Assembly: GCA_051362555.1 (NCBI GenBank)
Contig: CM120640.1
Coordinates: 12,462,001-12,526,000 of the forward strand
Length of the DNA stretch: 64,000 bases
DNA from: Lingula anatina
Taxonomy: Eukaryota > Animalia > Brachiopoda
Direction of reading: 5' to 3'
In this document: positions 30,358-44,553 of the stretch, piece after piece
How positions within the stretch are numbered: position 1 is the first letter of the stretch
Layout: each line of letters starts with the position of its first letter
The notes under the pieces: generated by a model
What the model was told of the DNA's origin: nothing
What the model saw: only the letters and a program-made list of their open reading frames with translations
Databases searched by the model: none
Translations under genes and position numbers: made by a program

Positions 30358-33300
30358 GTAAGTACTAGTTTGTGTTTTTTACATGAAATAATAATAAAAT
30401 AAAAACATAAAGATGAAAAACAGCAGGCACATACTGTGGACAAAATTGACCGAGTTTTCTTTTTTAAATCCAATCCCCCATTTGACAACAAACGGATCTA
30501 AGTGAAAATAAAATAGGATATTTGTTTTGCTTTTAGATAAAAGTTTTAGTAGTTTTCAAAATGAATACTGAAAATAAACTGACTGACAGACACGAGTAAA
30601 ATTTAGACCGCATGAGGTCACCACTGTACGGCAATGGCTTGTCAGGGGTGCATATTTGGAGCTGTGTTTTCAGTAATTCAGCTAAACGTTTTTCGTAAGA
30701 AAACCTTAATATTAATATTGATAAAGATCCCACCCTTATGGGAAATACTTAATTTTAAAAAAATGCACAAAAAGTAACAAAGCACGAAATTAAAAACTTA
30801 TATGAATAATAACCCGCAAATGTGTCGGAATATGCTGTTCTTTAAGCTCTATCAGCCATGTTATTTGACGGCTATTGTTCAATTGCTAGCGGCAGGTGTT
30901 AAATGCTTCTTTGAAATTAACTTGCGCAGCTCTTTAATTTATCCATTAAAATCTTTTTAAACACAAACTACACTCAGTAGATTGGTTTATGGTCCACAAT
31001 AGACAACGTTAACTTTTCACAGCGCAGTAGTACATAGAGTAACTGAAACTAAAAAACGAAACACTGCGTAGATATAAACAGAAATGTTTTTCTCTATTTC
31101 ACCTTGGTTTTTATGTTAACTGGATTTTTAATGACATTTTACTTCAAGGTGTGGACAAACATTACCAAGGACCTTAAAATTTCAATCCAAGACATAAAAT
31201 TATCACGTAAACTACTAGATGAGTTAACTTTATCGAATATTTATTTCAATTTGGCAAAGATTATGCAGAGTTAAGATTATTCTGACAATAAACATTTTTA
31301 TCGCTGTATATTTTATAGTATCACAAAACATTATATAACCTCATACCATAACTAAGTTTATTCCAAATATTATAAAATCAAGAATGCACTTTTCAGTAAG
31401 CCGAAACGAGGAGGAAAATCAATAACTAAAATACAAAGCAAGGCTAATCAGCACTTAGAGTTGTGTGATAAAAGCGCTACTAATATTTTGATGACTACAA
31501 TCAGTGACACTGGGGTTTAATTCTCAGCTTTTATATTCTATTTGAGGGTGGCATGATCTAGGTTATTAACGTGTAATCACGCATCTATCAGAGAGCTCAC
31601 TGGTACTGTCAAGAACCTCTCCAGACTGGGTAATAGAGATAACACACCACTTTACGGATCCGCGCCGATTTATGGATATGCTGTTATGGATACATCGATA
31701 CAAAAGGCTGATCAAAAGCAACTTAGAGTAGAGAATTGACGATGATGTTATAGTAGCGCATCTTTTGTGTTGTTAGAGGGGCGTTTTTTTTTTTTTTTTT
31801 TTTTTTTTTTGAAAAACTCAATAAACCATATGCTATGAACCTAATGGTGTTCATTTCAGTTTGAGTTTTTTCATCATTTCTTTTCAATTGTACTACCCAT
31901 AAAATACATAATTGTTTGGATCTTTTGAAAACACTGCATTAGAATAATGATGGCAGCTTTCAATAAAATAAAGAGCCACTATTTTGATGTCAGTGGAGGA
32001 AAAATAATGCTTTTAACTAACGCTAATGTAGCCCGTAGAAATAATGATCAACTAAATAGTTGCCTGTACCGTTTGTTTTGTATAGCGAGGGTACAATATA
32101 AAACGATTGAGATAATTTAACGTTGAAACAAGGTATTTTTTGTGTGTTATTTTTTGTGATTTTTCTAATCAAGCATAAGCTTCAAGTTGGATTATTTCTT
32201 CTATTATAGAATTTCCAAAATTTAACTACTGATGTTTTCCAAATACTCATCTACCAAATATACCATTCATTAAATTATTATCATTTTATTACTATTCAAT
32301 TTGGGGAAATGTCGCCGGAAAGACGACATCTTGTCTCCAATCAAATCAGTTCTGTACTAGAGTAAAAAGAACAGAAACTGAAATATAGATGGGTGACCCG
32401 GACTAGAATTACCATGCAATTATTAGTTTTAATGAGATATGTGATTGTAAATTATGTAATATTATGTCGTATGCCGGCCCTAAACAGCTGTAGCTTTCGC
32501 AACAGCTGGATTTTTTTCCTGATGATGATGATTTAGCACGCAAAAATAGATTCTCATCTTAAGTGGAAGTCATGGGTACATTTGTCTCTTATTTTCCACA
32601 TTCAGTTTTGTGTCGTTGACTATTCAAATGGAGAACGGTTTAGCTTTGACTTACGGTTTCACTTTCGCAATTTGAATTTTTAAATAAAATCAGCCGACGT
32701 GTTATTTTGTTAAATACCTACTTCTTTTTCATTAGTCGATGTTTTTACTACTCTGTGAAATATGGTCATTATTTACTTGTTTTTTATCGCTGTATTTATT
32801 TCCCTATTCTCAAGAGTACTGGTAGAGCTCTTGATAGGCTTTCACCGCGAACAGCTCGTGAACATATTGCAGTCATCAACTATATTTGGTTTTAGTTTTC
32901 AAACAATGTATATTGTTATTTAGAAATCATTTAGCTTCTAGTGCGATGACAGTTGTCTGTATTCAATAGCGTTCTCACGATGGATGAACTCTATTTGGTT
33001 TCAAACTGTTTCAAGATACGAAGGGTAGCCTATACATGCAACGGCGTAATAACTCATCGGAATAAAAAGGACTGTTGTCATTAAAACATCACTGTTTTAA
33101 CGCGATAAAAGAGACGAATAAGCACGAAAGACAGGCCAAATACCCGCATCGCATGGTGTCGCCTATTTAACTATTCAATTCACTGTTGGTCTCTTCGTGT
33201 AATTGCAGCTGTTAGAATGTAGATTATATTTAAATACCGCTAAACAGACGACTTTCGAAATAAAGTGAGTGAATTGAAACGTTCATTTGCAAGTCCGAAC

Positions 33301-34634
33301 GTCTCCCATTAGCGTGTTGCGGCAGGAGTGTCGGTTACTTGCATTGACCGAATGACTTTTGTTTCAATCAACGGCAGATATTGAGATGACTTTGTTGATT
33401 CAATAACTGACAGACTGAGAAAAAAATGCAATGAACCACACGAACAACAAATTTATTCTGTACAAATCGGGACGTTTGAATTTTACGACAAACGGGTAAA
33501 TAAAACTCACATCAAAGTGATTTTATTTTTTTTCTTGGCATCAAAGGCAATTATTGCCGTTATATGAAGCTTAATAATACATATAGCAAACATACAGTGA
33601 GGGTACGACAAAATGTGTCCTAATTACTGAATAAAAAAGTGGTATTTAGCTGGCTCAGCAAGCCTGCATGCGTGCTGTTGCAACTGAATATTAGAAAACA
33701 TTCTACCGAACAGCATGGAATACGACAAATTAAAGCCACTGTTTTCAATCTTTTAAATTAAGATCTTACATTAAATATTTTAGTATAGTTTTCATTTTAA
33801 CCTGCCTTCCATTAAATGTTTCCGTTAAACGAAATCTTTTTGAATGAAAAATTAAAATAATGATGAGGCCTTACCTTTGCTATTGCCGTGTATTCAGTCT
33901 GCAAAGTCATGGTTTGGTATTTGCTGGGAAAGGAACGAAAAAAGGCAGAAATAAAAAAAGTTTTTTACCCATGATATGAAAACACAACCAAAAAACAAGC
34001 ATGGTGCATGTATTTGCGTTGAAATAGGGTTTGCTTTTTTTTTCTCACAGTAAGGAGACCGAATAAAACAAAGTGCCGCACGGTACATAGCCGCAGAGGC
34101 TTCACACGCCATTAGACTCGTCATTATGCAACTTCAAAAGAGAAACTCCGAATATTCCTCTTTCATCTGCTCCTTCATTACACCGTAATTTCAGTTTTAT
34201 GTCAATTAATACGCACCTGACATCTACTACTGAGGCTTGAGGCCAGGTAGTTTGATACCTTTAGTTATTTGGGACAACTTCCGAAGTTGTCTTGAATTCC
34301 TGTCCATTGTTTTTTAGCTTGTAATTGTCTTTCAGTGGAGTTGAACAATTCATTAATAGCCTGCGATCGAGATGAAGGGCATAGAGTTTTCAAAACTATT
34401 ATAGGCAATTAACCACGCGCCATTCTTGTTGTAAATCCTTACATTACATTTTTCTTTTTCATGATCCTGTCAGAATATTTAAATGTTTGAAATAAAAAAT
34501 GTGATATTTCTTATCTTATCTTTATTGTTAGGCTAGTCGTTAGTGTACATTATTTTACGAACAAACAAAGTTTGGGATAAATAATGATAGTTATTTGAAC
34601 TTGTATTAAGAGGGCCATTATTTTTTTCCTCTAG

Positions 34635-35012
34635 GTCAAAGTGTGGTTCCAGAACAGGCGCACAAAGTACAAACGTATGAAGGCGGAAGAAGGTGACACC
34701 GCCCCGTCTCCAGGCAAACCCCCTGGTGCTTCGGACGACGAAGATGAAGAGGAGGAAGAAGAGGAGGAGGAAGAGGACGGTGATGAGGAACATATTCTCC
34801 ATCAACAACAATTACAACAGCTACAGCAGCACCAGCAACGCACACTGGAACACAAAGCTAAAGCTAACCATGACACTCATAAAGACTTTAATGCCAAAAG
34901 ACCGAGCACAGACGACGATCGGCCGTCATCTCCCACCAAAAAACAAAAGATTTCACATGAACACCATCTGAATAAATGGAAAGCTGAGACGAATCAACTG
35001 AAAACTGTATGA
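34635..35012 (+). CDS. Emx: Emx exon 3 (helix 3 and C-terminus)
   Basis: TTTTTTTCCTCTAG acceptor; VKVWFQNRRTKYKR, acidic run, poly-Q/H, HHLNKWK motif, TGA. The joined CDS is 984 nt (327 aa). Confidence 0.96.
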   Translation, partial: VKVWFQNRRTKYKRMKAEEGDTAPSPGKPPGASDDEDEEEEEEEEEEDGDEEHILHQQQLQQLQQHQQRTLEHKAKANHDTHKDFNAKRPSTDDDRPSSPTKKQKISHEHHLNKWKAETNQLKTV

Positions 35013-38000
35013 AGACAATAAGGAAAATCCCCCGAAATTGAAAATATCATTTGGAGATCCCCACTCGCAGATCTGTTCGCGTGTTCTCCAGTGGGTTTGC
35101 CAAGACGCCAGCACTCGGGTCCTTCCCGAAATTTTGCACGCACGTGTGCTCGTGCTCTAGCACGCTCTCCTATGCCAATGCCAAAATCACCTTTAGTTCA
35201 CTGAGAGTGGCACAAATTCTTTGTTCTTTTTTTTCTGTATTACAAGGTGCACTCAAAACTGTCAATAAAGCTGCGCCCAGAATATGCCAAAAACTTATCA
35301 CAAAATAACAACAATAAAGATAAGAAAAGGAAAAAATGCACACTACAGGGGAAAACTTTGTTTGCCACTGATCATTCACATGCCAAGTTAAAGACCAAAA
35401 ATGAAACGACATTCGGCGGCAAGCTTATGCGGGCGTCGCGAACTGCTGGGAAAGGAAAATGTGCGACGGCGCTAATAGCGTCAAGGGAGCGGAACATAAG
35501 TAAAGGAAATTAAGAAATCTGCCGGCGATGAAATCTACAATGCACCATTACCACTGTAAGGGAGCACACAGCGTTGTTGATTACCCGTCATTTGTTCGAC
35601 ATTATTCCACAGCCAGCATATTCGAACAGGAAGCGTTGGATTGAAGGCGAGTCGTCCGCCGCTATAAAAACTCTATTAATTTCAGCTAAAGTTACACGGC
35701 AATCATCAGAATTCATTTCAGCCGCTCTTCACATCGCTGCGAACGCTTTGTTTCCCCAGAAACCGATCCCGCACCATCAACGTCCATTAGAGTGTATTTG
35801 ATAGTATATGATGCGTTTTGGTGTAATTTATTCATAGAAGCGAGTCAGTCATCGCGTAATTAGCGAGGGGAAGCCCACATAGACTTGCTGTATTTCTATT
35901 GTATGATTTTGTTTGAGATTGGTGATCAAATTTCCTTAAGTTGTTATAACGGATGCGGTTTATTTCGTAGGATTTAGTCAATGGTGATATCGAACCTTGT
36001 GTTAATGTATTGTACAAAATGACGGTTTACAGCGTGCAATATATTATGACTAGATTGCGTTCCAAATTACTTGGATGTATTGATGAAATTGTTTTCGCGC
36101 TGATTTGTGTCTGTTACAGTTGATCTTGTTTAGCGGCAGAGAATTGTACAATCAATACTCGTGGTGAAATATTACACTTAATGTACTTGGAATTTAACTT
36201 GATACTACTTGTGCCTCGCGAAACATTCCCACCAAAGTGATTTTTTATTATCAATGTGTAAATAAATTGATATGATTACACCATACATGTGAAAGGCTGC
36301 TTTCGTGTTCAGTTATGAAGGAAAACACAAACGACCTTAATTGGTTGCTGTTGATTGATGTGTAATATTCTTAATGGGAATTTATTGTTTATGGTGCCTT
36401 TTTCGCACATGTGTAACTCGCATTTTTAAACGGAACAAAAAAGTTTTGCTGGTGAATCATCCTTTTTGCACTTTTGATATTTCCTATTATTCATACGCTC
36501 CATTTCATGACAAAAAATGTTAAACGTTGGCATTTCTAGAAATACACAAAAATACTTTTCTTTCATATATAAAAACTTTTATTATCAGACTCCTTTCTTT
36601 TATTATAAAAATCAATGTTTATTCGTGTTTCAATGAAAAGACTTTACAAGATAAATATATAGGTATCAAAATGGGGGCACTCACGTCAAATTACCGGATG
36701 CAGGGACTGCATCCTGTCAGTCTTCGGATCAACTTGAGAGTATTCAGATTTCCAAGAGTGTTTCCTGGTTTCGGTCAGGCTGAGCACGTTCCCATTCTGA
36801 GATTCTGCTTATGTTGCCGCATGGATTTTGATTTTTGTATTGGGAGGAATTGTAACTATTTGTGTCGCAGGCTCTTCCGTCATCGAGATTTTAATGGTGT
36901 GTGTTTTGGTTAATTAATTTCCCTTTCACTTTGGCTAGCGTTGTCTTTAATGTTTGATCTAGATCGGCCTCGGTCTATTAACTATTCACGCGACGTCATT
37001 GGTGCCTCTCTGCCAATTAGCCGGCGACACTCAATTGAATGCCAAATGAATCTCGTGTACAGTTGTTTTGTAATAAAAACAATCACTTCAACATTACGGT
37101 CACAGTTTTGTTAAAGTCATTCTGCTTTTTCCGCACATTTCGTGAGACGAAGCGCAATGAGCAAATATACTCATCTAAAATTAGCACAATACAAGAATTG
37201 ACAAAGTCGGGGTTTAATGCAGACACTTTACTGAAAATGACGGGAAATTTAGGTTGCAGTATTGATAAATTAACTGTTTTAATTAACACGAGTCCAAATG
37301 GAGTATCGAACACCTCACTAAGGAAAAGTCGATGTCGTCGCATAAACAGCGGAAGTCAAATTCCGGAAGGCTGCAATTAGTGGACTGGCAACCGGAGATG
37401 GAACAAGAAAACTAGAATCGAAATTTACGTACGCACCAATCATGCATGATTGAGGCGACTGTGAAGCCTTGATAAAATTCTTCCTACTGTGCACGGAATC
37501 AATAGTAGTGTCTCTGTATACTTTAAATTAATGTTAGTAATTTTCTTTAAGAAATATACAGTTAAATTGTCGCAAACAAATGAAATATGCGTATCAACAC
37601 TAAACCAAGGAGGTACATCAGATGCACCGTCTCCTTGACCTAACCTACCCCAGTTTAAATTGATAACTATATGTTTGTCAATTTAACTCTTTGTTTTTAT
37701 CTACCATCTTTTCAAAAGCAGTTCTTATTCTTAGAAGTTGGAAATAATCCTACACGCATTTTGGTTTGATTTTTTATGGTGCAGACTTTTTATCAGTCAA
37801 TGTTAGGACTGCTGAGTATTTTCTTTTGAAACTGCATGTTTGCATTCTCTTTACGATTGCCCTTAAATTAAAACAATAAGATTTTTTAGTTGTTTTCCTC
37901 GTCATTTATAATATATCCTGACTAATAGTAATTTGGCAGTACGGCACAACATGTGAGGCTTGATTTGCAAGCCCAGGGTTCAACAAGTATTGGTAGTACA

Positions 38001-41000
38001 CCGAGAACGATTAGTCACTCTATATTTTCCCTGCATTATCGATATGAGGGTTCACTGCAAGAGAACTGGCAATTGCTAGGGCTAAAAGCCGGGAATGGAA
38101 ATATATTAAACACCTGCATATTCGGGGAAAGCGGAGAGAGCAATCACATCTTTCTAAAATGTTACAGACAATATTTCGATACCAAGTAAGATTTTTAGAA
38201 ACACAGCAAACTATGCACCTTTCATTCCCCTTTCAAGCCTACCAACGCCCCCCCCCCTCCACCTCTTTCACTTTGTTTACGTTAGTTTTACTGAAGGCGT
38301 CTTTAAAATCGACCAAAGTTTGCCTCACAGGCAGTCAATTAGCACGCTATTAAAGCTACCTTCAGTTACAACTGAAAGACAATTGTTTTTCCTGCAAGCA
38401 ACGGATCACCGCATAATGGAATAGGTTTTGATTGCAAAAAAAGAGAGTAATCAATTTCAGCAACACTCTTTTTAGACAAGTCAGTCAAACAATTTCACCC
38501 GAGGACTGCCATCGGTGAACGAAAGGTCTTGCCAAAGTGTAAACGTACCTGGGAATCGAGAGCGTATTACTCTGCTTTCTGATGAACGAAAGATATTTTC
38601 AAGACATTTTTAAGGAAGATTATCGGCGACGAATTATAAACTTAGGCGAGAATAAAAATACCACAGTGTCATCAAGAATTTAACGCAAATTGGCAGTCTT
38701 GCTGAAATCTTGGTGTTTTCCATTACACTGCCTTGTGTGTAATGCGTATAAGTAGCAATAGTGTCAATATTTATATAATGTAACGCATTTATTAATTTCC
38801 CCTTTATCATTTGTTTGTGCATATATATATTAATTTACTCTAAATTAACTTCATGCTAAATTCGCTTCACCCTCTGTTCGCATATTCTACAGAATTCAGC
38901 AAACAAACGCATCATACTTAGATTATGAATGCGGGCAGTTTTCTAACAAACAAACGCTTAGAACCACAGCGATCACACATTAACCGTGTTTTTTATCGTC
39001 TCAGGGCATGATATACAGTAGCGTGTAGATGTGCTCTCAGTTGAATATCAAGGTTTTCTAACTTAAAAGAAGAGAACTGATAAACTACCATTCTGAGATT
39101 TGAGGTAACATGATTTTCTTGTGTACATCTGAATATTGATGATATTAATACAAGATCACAATATAATATAATATAATTAATCTTACGAAATGCAATTTTA
39201 CATTGAATATCTGGTAAACATGACCTAAGCCAGAATACGAGGTAAGGTATCAACAATCTTTCAACGATGTCATAACAAGAACCCCAACAAAAATCACCTT
39301 AGTCGAAACTGCAAAGAGACCACACAATTTTCCTAATTCTATGCAGAGCCTGGTGCCAGGGCACGTGCTCGCACTCAAGGGGAGGTGAGACAGGTAGATC
39401 ATTGTCGAGTTAAAAAAGACCACCTCAGCTTCGTTTTTTTCTCCAGTGACCGGCCAAGAATGTTCATTACTATTCCAGAATATAACGCGTTGCCGCTTTT
39501 GCAGGGGTTTGTTCTACACAGTATTATTTAAGACGGAAGATAAGTGGTTCTATTTATTTTACTGCTTTGAAATGTATATTTTCAAATCAGTGTATTTCAA
39601 TAGTTTTGTCGGTTGATCACGTATTTTTAAATTTAAAAGAATCTAAAACTATGTGGTTTTACCTGTGTTTTTTAACAATACGATGCAATCAAATTTGATT
39701 TCAAAGATAATCTGACCGAATGCTTAAGTCCATACGATGTATTTTTAAAATTGCAAATCCAATCTTTCAATAAAAAGAAAACATCAGATTATGCTTAAAT
39801 GGTTGACAAACTGTGAAAAGAAATTATTGGGTTAGTTTGTAATGACGACAAAAACTATTCCTGCAGTACAGCACATGAGGGTTGATCAAGTGATGAAAAA
39901 GTAGAGCTTCATAAATTGCGTCACCTGTAAAATTTCGTAACCTATAAAACAATGTACTGTCTTTATAAGTAATTACTATCCTCTGACAATGTACAGGTTA
40001 GATTACTCAGGACTCAAGTTTAAATGTTGATTCATCATATTCTTATGTACATTGGGCAAATACAATGTATATAAACGTCCAACGCAATACTTAAAAATTT
40101 ATTAGCATAAGTTATCTATATATATAGGCCTATATAAAATCATACAAAGTGAATTTTGTTGTTCGTTGTGCTACTTAGGGCCTACATTAACATATTTTTG
40201 CTCGGTGTATTTTCAGGGGCAGGTGTATAAGATAAAATATATTGGCTTAGCAAAAGAAAAAGAAAAAAACTGGTAAAGAAAAAATCCGCAAGGAATATTT
40301 GTTCAAAAACAACGGGTCTTTTATTTAAAACTTTCCAAAATTTTTTTCATGTTTTATAGAGTAACTTGCGTGCCACAGTTTGGATAGATTATCTTGTATA
40401 AAACGTACATATTCAAAAAGACAAATGTAACGTTATATTTTGAAGGTTTTTTCCAACCAATTAGCGCCCTTAACCTTAGAAATACATTACAATTGGTAAA
40501 ACTTAAAATAATAAACATTCACCGTCGACTTGCAAGCCGGTCACGCAAAAATAGTAATTCTTATCCTCTTTTAAATTAATAATGTATGGAGTTACTAAGA
40601 AGATTAGATCAAAGGCAAAAAACAAAAGTTCATGTTCCTTAAAATGCCTAGGTTGTGTGAACTACATTGTACTGATATCATGTCTAATGGATAAAAAGAG
40701 CACTTAGATCATTTTAAAACGCGTTGATAGTAATTATAAAAATAACTTGCACTAAACTCTGTTCCCGTTCTTTTGATTGTAGGCCTACTTTTGCCTGTGT
40801 AAAGAGGGTAGAGAGCATGCCAGTCCACTCTCACTAACTAGTATTCTCAGCACAAATCTCGACCTCCCCCCATGCGGGGAGCTAACACGTCCTAATGGCA
40901 AATTAAAACAATTAATAGAGCAAATTTATTGACGCCTTCCCAAGTTGTTTGGTTAGGCTTGATCAGTAATTATAAATTAGCGTGGTGAGTTAATTAACTG

Positions 41001-43088
41001 ACGGGTAAATTTGGCAGGAGAGAGAGAGAGAAAGAGAGTGAGAGTGGGAGGACAACGAAGAAAAACAAACAAAATAACGGGTGCATAATATTGAGAGGTC
41101 ACTAAAAGCCGTATAGAATAATCAAAACGTTTTATCATTATTGAACAACTTAATGGGGCGTTTATAATTTGCAAAACCTCTTCCGCGCTCATTATTTTTT
41201 CTTTGTGTGGTGTGCCTCTTGTATAAATGGATTGTTCCATCAGTTCCCTATCAGTTCCCCCTCACTAGCTCTCCATATCTTCCCGCACACATGTGGCAGC
41301 ACAACCCGCCAAGTCACGCGAGAGCGAGACATGCACTGAATTAATAACACAAACAATACCTAAACGCACTTAAACACTGATCCACTAAAAGGATGAATGT
41401 TGCCATCACGCCATCAATTAGTCACATCAATTTCCATTCACAGATTCCAGTTCTTTGCTTAGTGATCTATCCCAAGCTCTTCTCATCCATCATCTTGAAG
41501 GCTGGCTCAATTACCGATTAACCTAGCCTAGATATTTGCTATTATCGTTTCCATATTTTAAAGAAAATCCAACTAATATCCTCTATACACACGGTTAATA
41601 AAAGACATAATTACATTAAAAAGAACAAACGGTGCATTATTCCCTGCCCCTAAAATTGTATTACATTTTATAGATGCACTTTTTATCCAATTAAACCCAC
41701 GTTAGTCTCTATTTGTTCTGATGGTGTCTGGAAATTTTATATCTAATGTAATTAACTTTGTGTCCCTGTAATAAATTTTCATTAGTCACTTGTATAGATA
41801 TGATTTTCGTGATTTTCATAACAACACGTCAGATTTCACTAGGGGGCTTAATAGCTTTTAAATCTGGAAAATTGCGAAATTATCTTGTAAAGTTTGGAGT
41901 CGAGGGAGTTGCTTAAAAGGCTGTATGTAATGAAATAATTTACTGTATGTTCAGCGATGGGAGAAAAGCGAGCTATTGTCATCAGCAAGAAACACATTCA
42001 GCAACATAGTCTCACCTAGCACAGCCAGTCAATGAAAAAAAGTTTCGTAACTGACATATGCATGTTGCTTGCGAAATAAGTCCCACGACGTTTTTGATAA
42101 AATATCGTTGGGTTTTAGAACGGGGGGAAAAGCTGCAACTTTTGACATCGATGATTTTTCTTGTGTTTGAATTTGCCGACAATGAGTGTTCGACTTTTAT
42201 ATACTGGAAACGTTTTATTTTCCTGAAAATTTCAACTCTTTTACCTTAACTTTCAAGCCATTCGCGTCATGGAGATAGAGACTGGCGAAATACAAGCGAC
42301 AGTAAAAAGAGAAATTTAGAACGTGTGGCCGGTATTTTTCTCAACGGAATTAAAAAAGAGAAAGTTGTTAAATTTTCAGAATTTTTTTATATTTGCAAAT
42401 AGGTACATGTAAGTTCCGTATACAGTATACAGTAGTTCACTGCATTTCTTGTATTTTCAAATGCAAAGGTAAAATGCAAGGTTGCTTCTAAAGCAGAAGT
42501 ACGTACAATTAATATTGTTAAAAAGAGAAGATTTAAGATTAAAAACCTTTGACTTTGATTCACTTTTAATAACTAATTAAAGATTTATTAAGTTTATTTA
42601 GGTACATGTATATATTGTATGTACATCCTTTCTATGTTGAAGCGGCACACGGGTCTTGTATACAATGCACGGGTTATGTTCACTACTTTCAATTAATACA
42701 AACAAGAAAATGTACAGTTTTCGTTATGGTATTGAGCAGGTATCGTTAGATTATCAAGCCGAAATAAAACCTGAGATCTAACTTAATATACGTGTATAAG
42801 AATTTCGTAGTAATACAGTAGCCAAGAGAGGCATATAGTGTGGTTGAATAACATATACAAGTGAAATTAATGCTTTATAATTTGTCAAACTTGGAATGTT
42901 TTTTCAAACTGATGCTTAAAAGCATCAGTAGACAGAAAGAGAGATTGAAAAAATGACATGAAATAAAATAATACTGATCCACATATCAATCCTTTACGCA
43001 ACTGTCATTGTCTTACATTATCAACATCAAAACTTATTTGATTCACGCTGATCTTTAAAATGGTCAATGTAACACATCACGGTGAGTC

Positions 43089-44015
43089 TTAAAATTGACT
43101 TTCAAATCTTTCTATCCTTTCCATCATCTCTAGAGCACGCACACGCTGATTCAACTTTTCCACAACTTCGCCCATCGTTGGACGCTCGCGAGGGACCGCT
43201 GCCAGACAACCTTCCATCAGGTTGGTGACACCGAGAAGCTTTCCCAGCTTAGCACATTTCAGGATGAACCCGAAACTGTAAACGTCTGACTTGGTAGAAA
43301 ACTTCTGTCCCTCCCATATTTCTGGACCGTGTTGCGGAAATCGACGCTTGTACAGTTGCCTCAGACGGGGAATTACATAATACCTGTAAGCATGTTGGGA
43401 GTTAGAAAAGCTCACTTTTCCAACGTCCACAAGATACACATCTGGATCTTGCTGAATTGCACCGGTGAGAACTATGTTCTTAAGATGCAAATCATTGAAG
43501 CACAGTCCCAGTTTGTGCAGTTTAGCTAATTTAACTGCTAGTTTTTGCATCAATCTGGCCCAGTGGAGCATGTTGCGCACGTTCACAGGTTGTCTTCGTG
43601 AAGCTGTGATAGCGGAATAGAGAGTGATGGTTCTCTGCTTCATTGTGTCCCCTACAAACTGAACCACCGCACCTACATTCAGGTGTCCTCTCATCCATCC
43701 AAACCTTACATTGCTTAAGTCCACGAGCCCAAAGAATTTCGGCACTATTCCAGTTTCACTGAGAGCTGCCAGTATGCGTGTCTCCCTTACGGCGCATTCG
43801 AACTCTGTTGCCTTCTTGAATACCTTTATCGCCACAAGTGAACCGGATGTGTTTTCTTTTCCCAGAAACACCTTCCCAAACCTGCCTTCCCCCAGCAGGA
43901 GGCGCGTCGAGAAGAAGCCCCGTCGTAAAAAGTCGAGGCATGTCAACGGAAGAAACTTTGGAACATCTTCCACAACAAGACTGCGAGAGTCTCTTTCGTC
44001 TTTGATGGGAATGCT
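43089..44015 (-). CDS. Divergent Ser/Thr-type protein kinase, kinase-domain exon
   Basis: LGEGRFGKV glycine loop, VAIK, FNDLHLKN catalytic loop, DVG, GPE, SDVYSFG, ERP. No in-frame ATG precedes the domain, so it must be spliced. Acceptor ATACAG| at 44016 (phase 0), with an alternative TTACAG| at 44036 (phase 1). Confidence 0.85.
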   Translation of the reverse strand, partial: SIPIKDERDSRSLVVEDVPKFLPLTCLDFLRRGFFSTRLLLGEGRFGKVFLGKENTSGSLVAIKVFKKATEFECAVRETRILAALSETGIVPKFFGLVDLSNVRFGWMRGHLNVGAVVQFVGDTMKQRTITLYSAITASRRQPVNVRNMLHWARLMQKLAVKLAKLHKLGLCFNDLHLKNIVLTGAIQQDPDVYLVDVGKVSFSNSQHAYRYYVIPRLRQLYKRRFPQHGPEIWEGQKFSTKSDVYSFGFILKCAKLGKLLGVTNLMEGCLAAVPRERPTMGEVVEKLNQRVRALEMMERIERFESQF

Positions 44016-44306
44016 CTGTATTTGAGACACCAAATCTGTAATCACAATGCATACTTATCAGTAAAGGCGCAACATTACCACAAAACCTAGTAAATGTTTG
44101 TTGTGTTTGCGCGTTTGGGAGGTTGGGGGGGGGGTAAATTTGGTCCCTCTTTTTCCAACTTAAATCGTTTCATATTTCCATAAGCTTGTTGACAGATGAG
44201 TATTTGTACTTGAGAAATACTGCGTTTTTCATATATGTGCATGCGTTCGTGCGTGTATTTTATATAACACATATATGGTCTTAACTATAAGCTTGTTTCA
44301 ACTTAC

Positions 44307-44378
44307 AGTACCTTCATTGGTTTTAGCGTTTACTTCTTTATCACCATCTCTTATGCGTTGTTCAGAGGAATGAAGAGA
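44307..44378 (-). CDS. Kinase gene, predicted coding exon 2
   Basis: Strong polypyrimidine tract and TTTAG acceptor; 72-nt open exon SLHSSEQRIRDGDKEVNAKTNEGT; GTAAGT donor; phases fit both neighbours. Confidence 0.6.
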
Positions 44379-44553
44379 CTAAATTGTACAAAGGAAAGAA
44401 AAAATGAAAATAATAAAAATAATTTTAAACAGAATTACAGATGTGAAATCTATAAAATAGAAGATTGCATGATGCAATACAAATTACCAAAAAGTTATTC
44501 AAGATGAAAAAAGGGAGGGAAAAAAGTTGTAATAACTGACAGTCAGCTCTTAC

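Noticed and set aside
43329-44052. Overlapping alternative-frame and antisense ORFs over the kinase (and similar ones over the Emx and ZF exons)
   Set aside because: Shadow ORFs of real coding sequence with no domain features.
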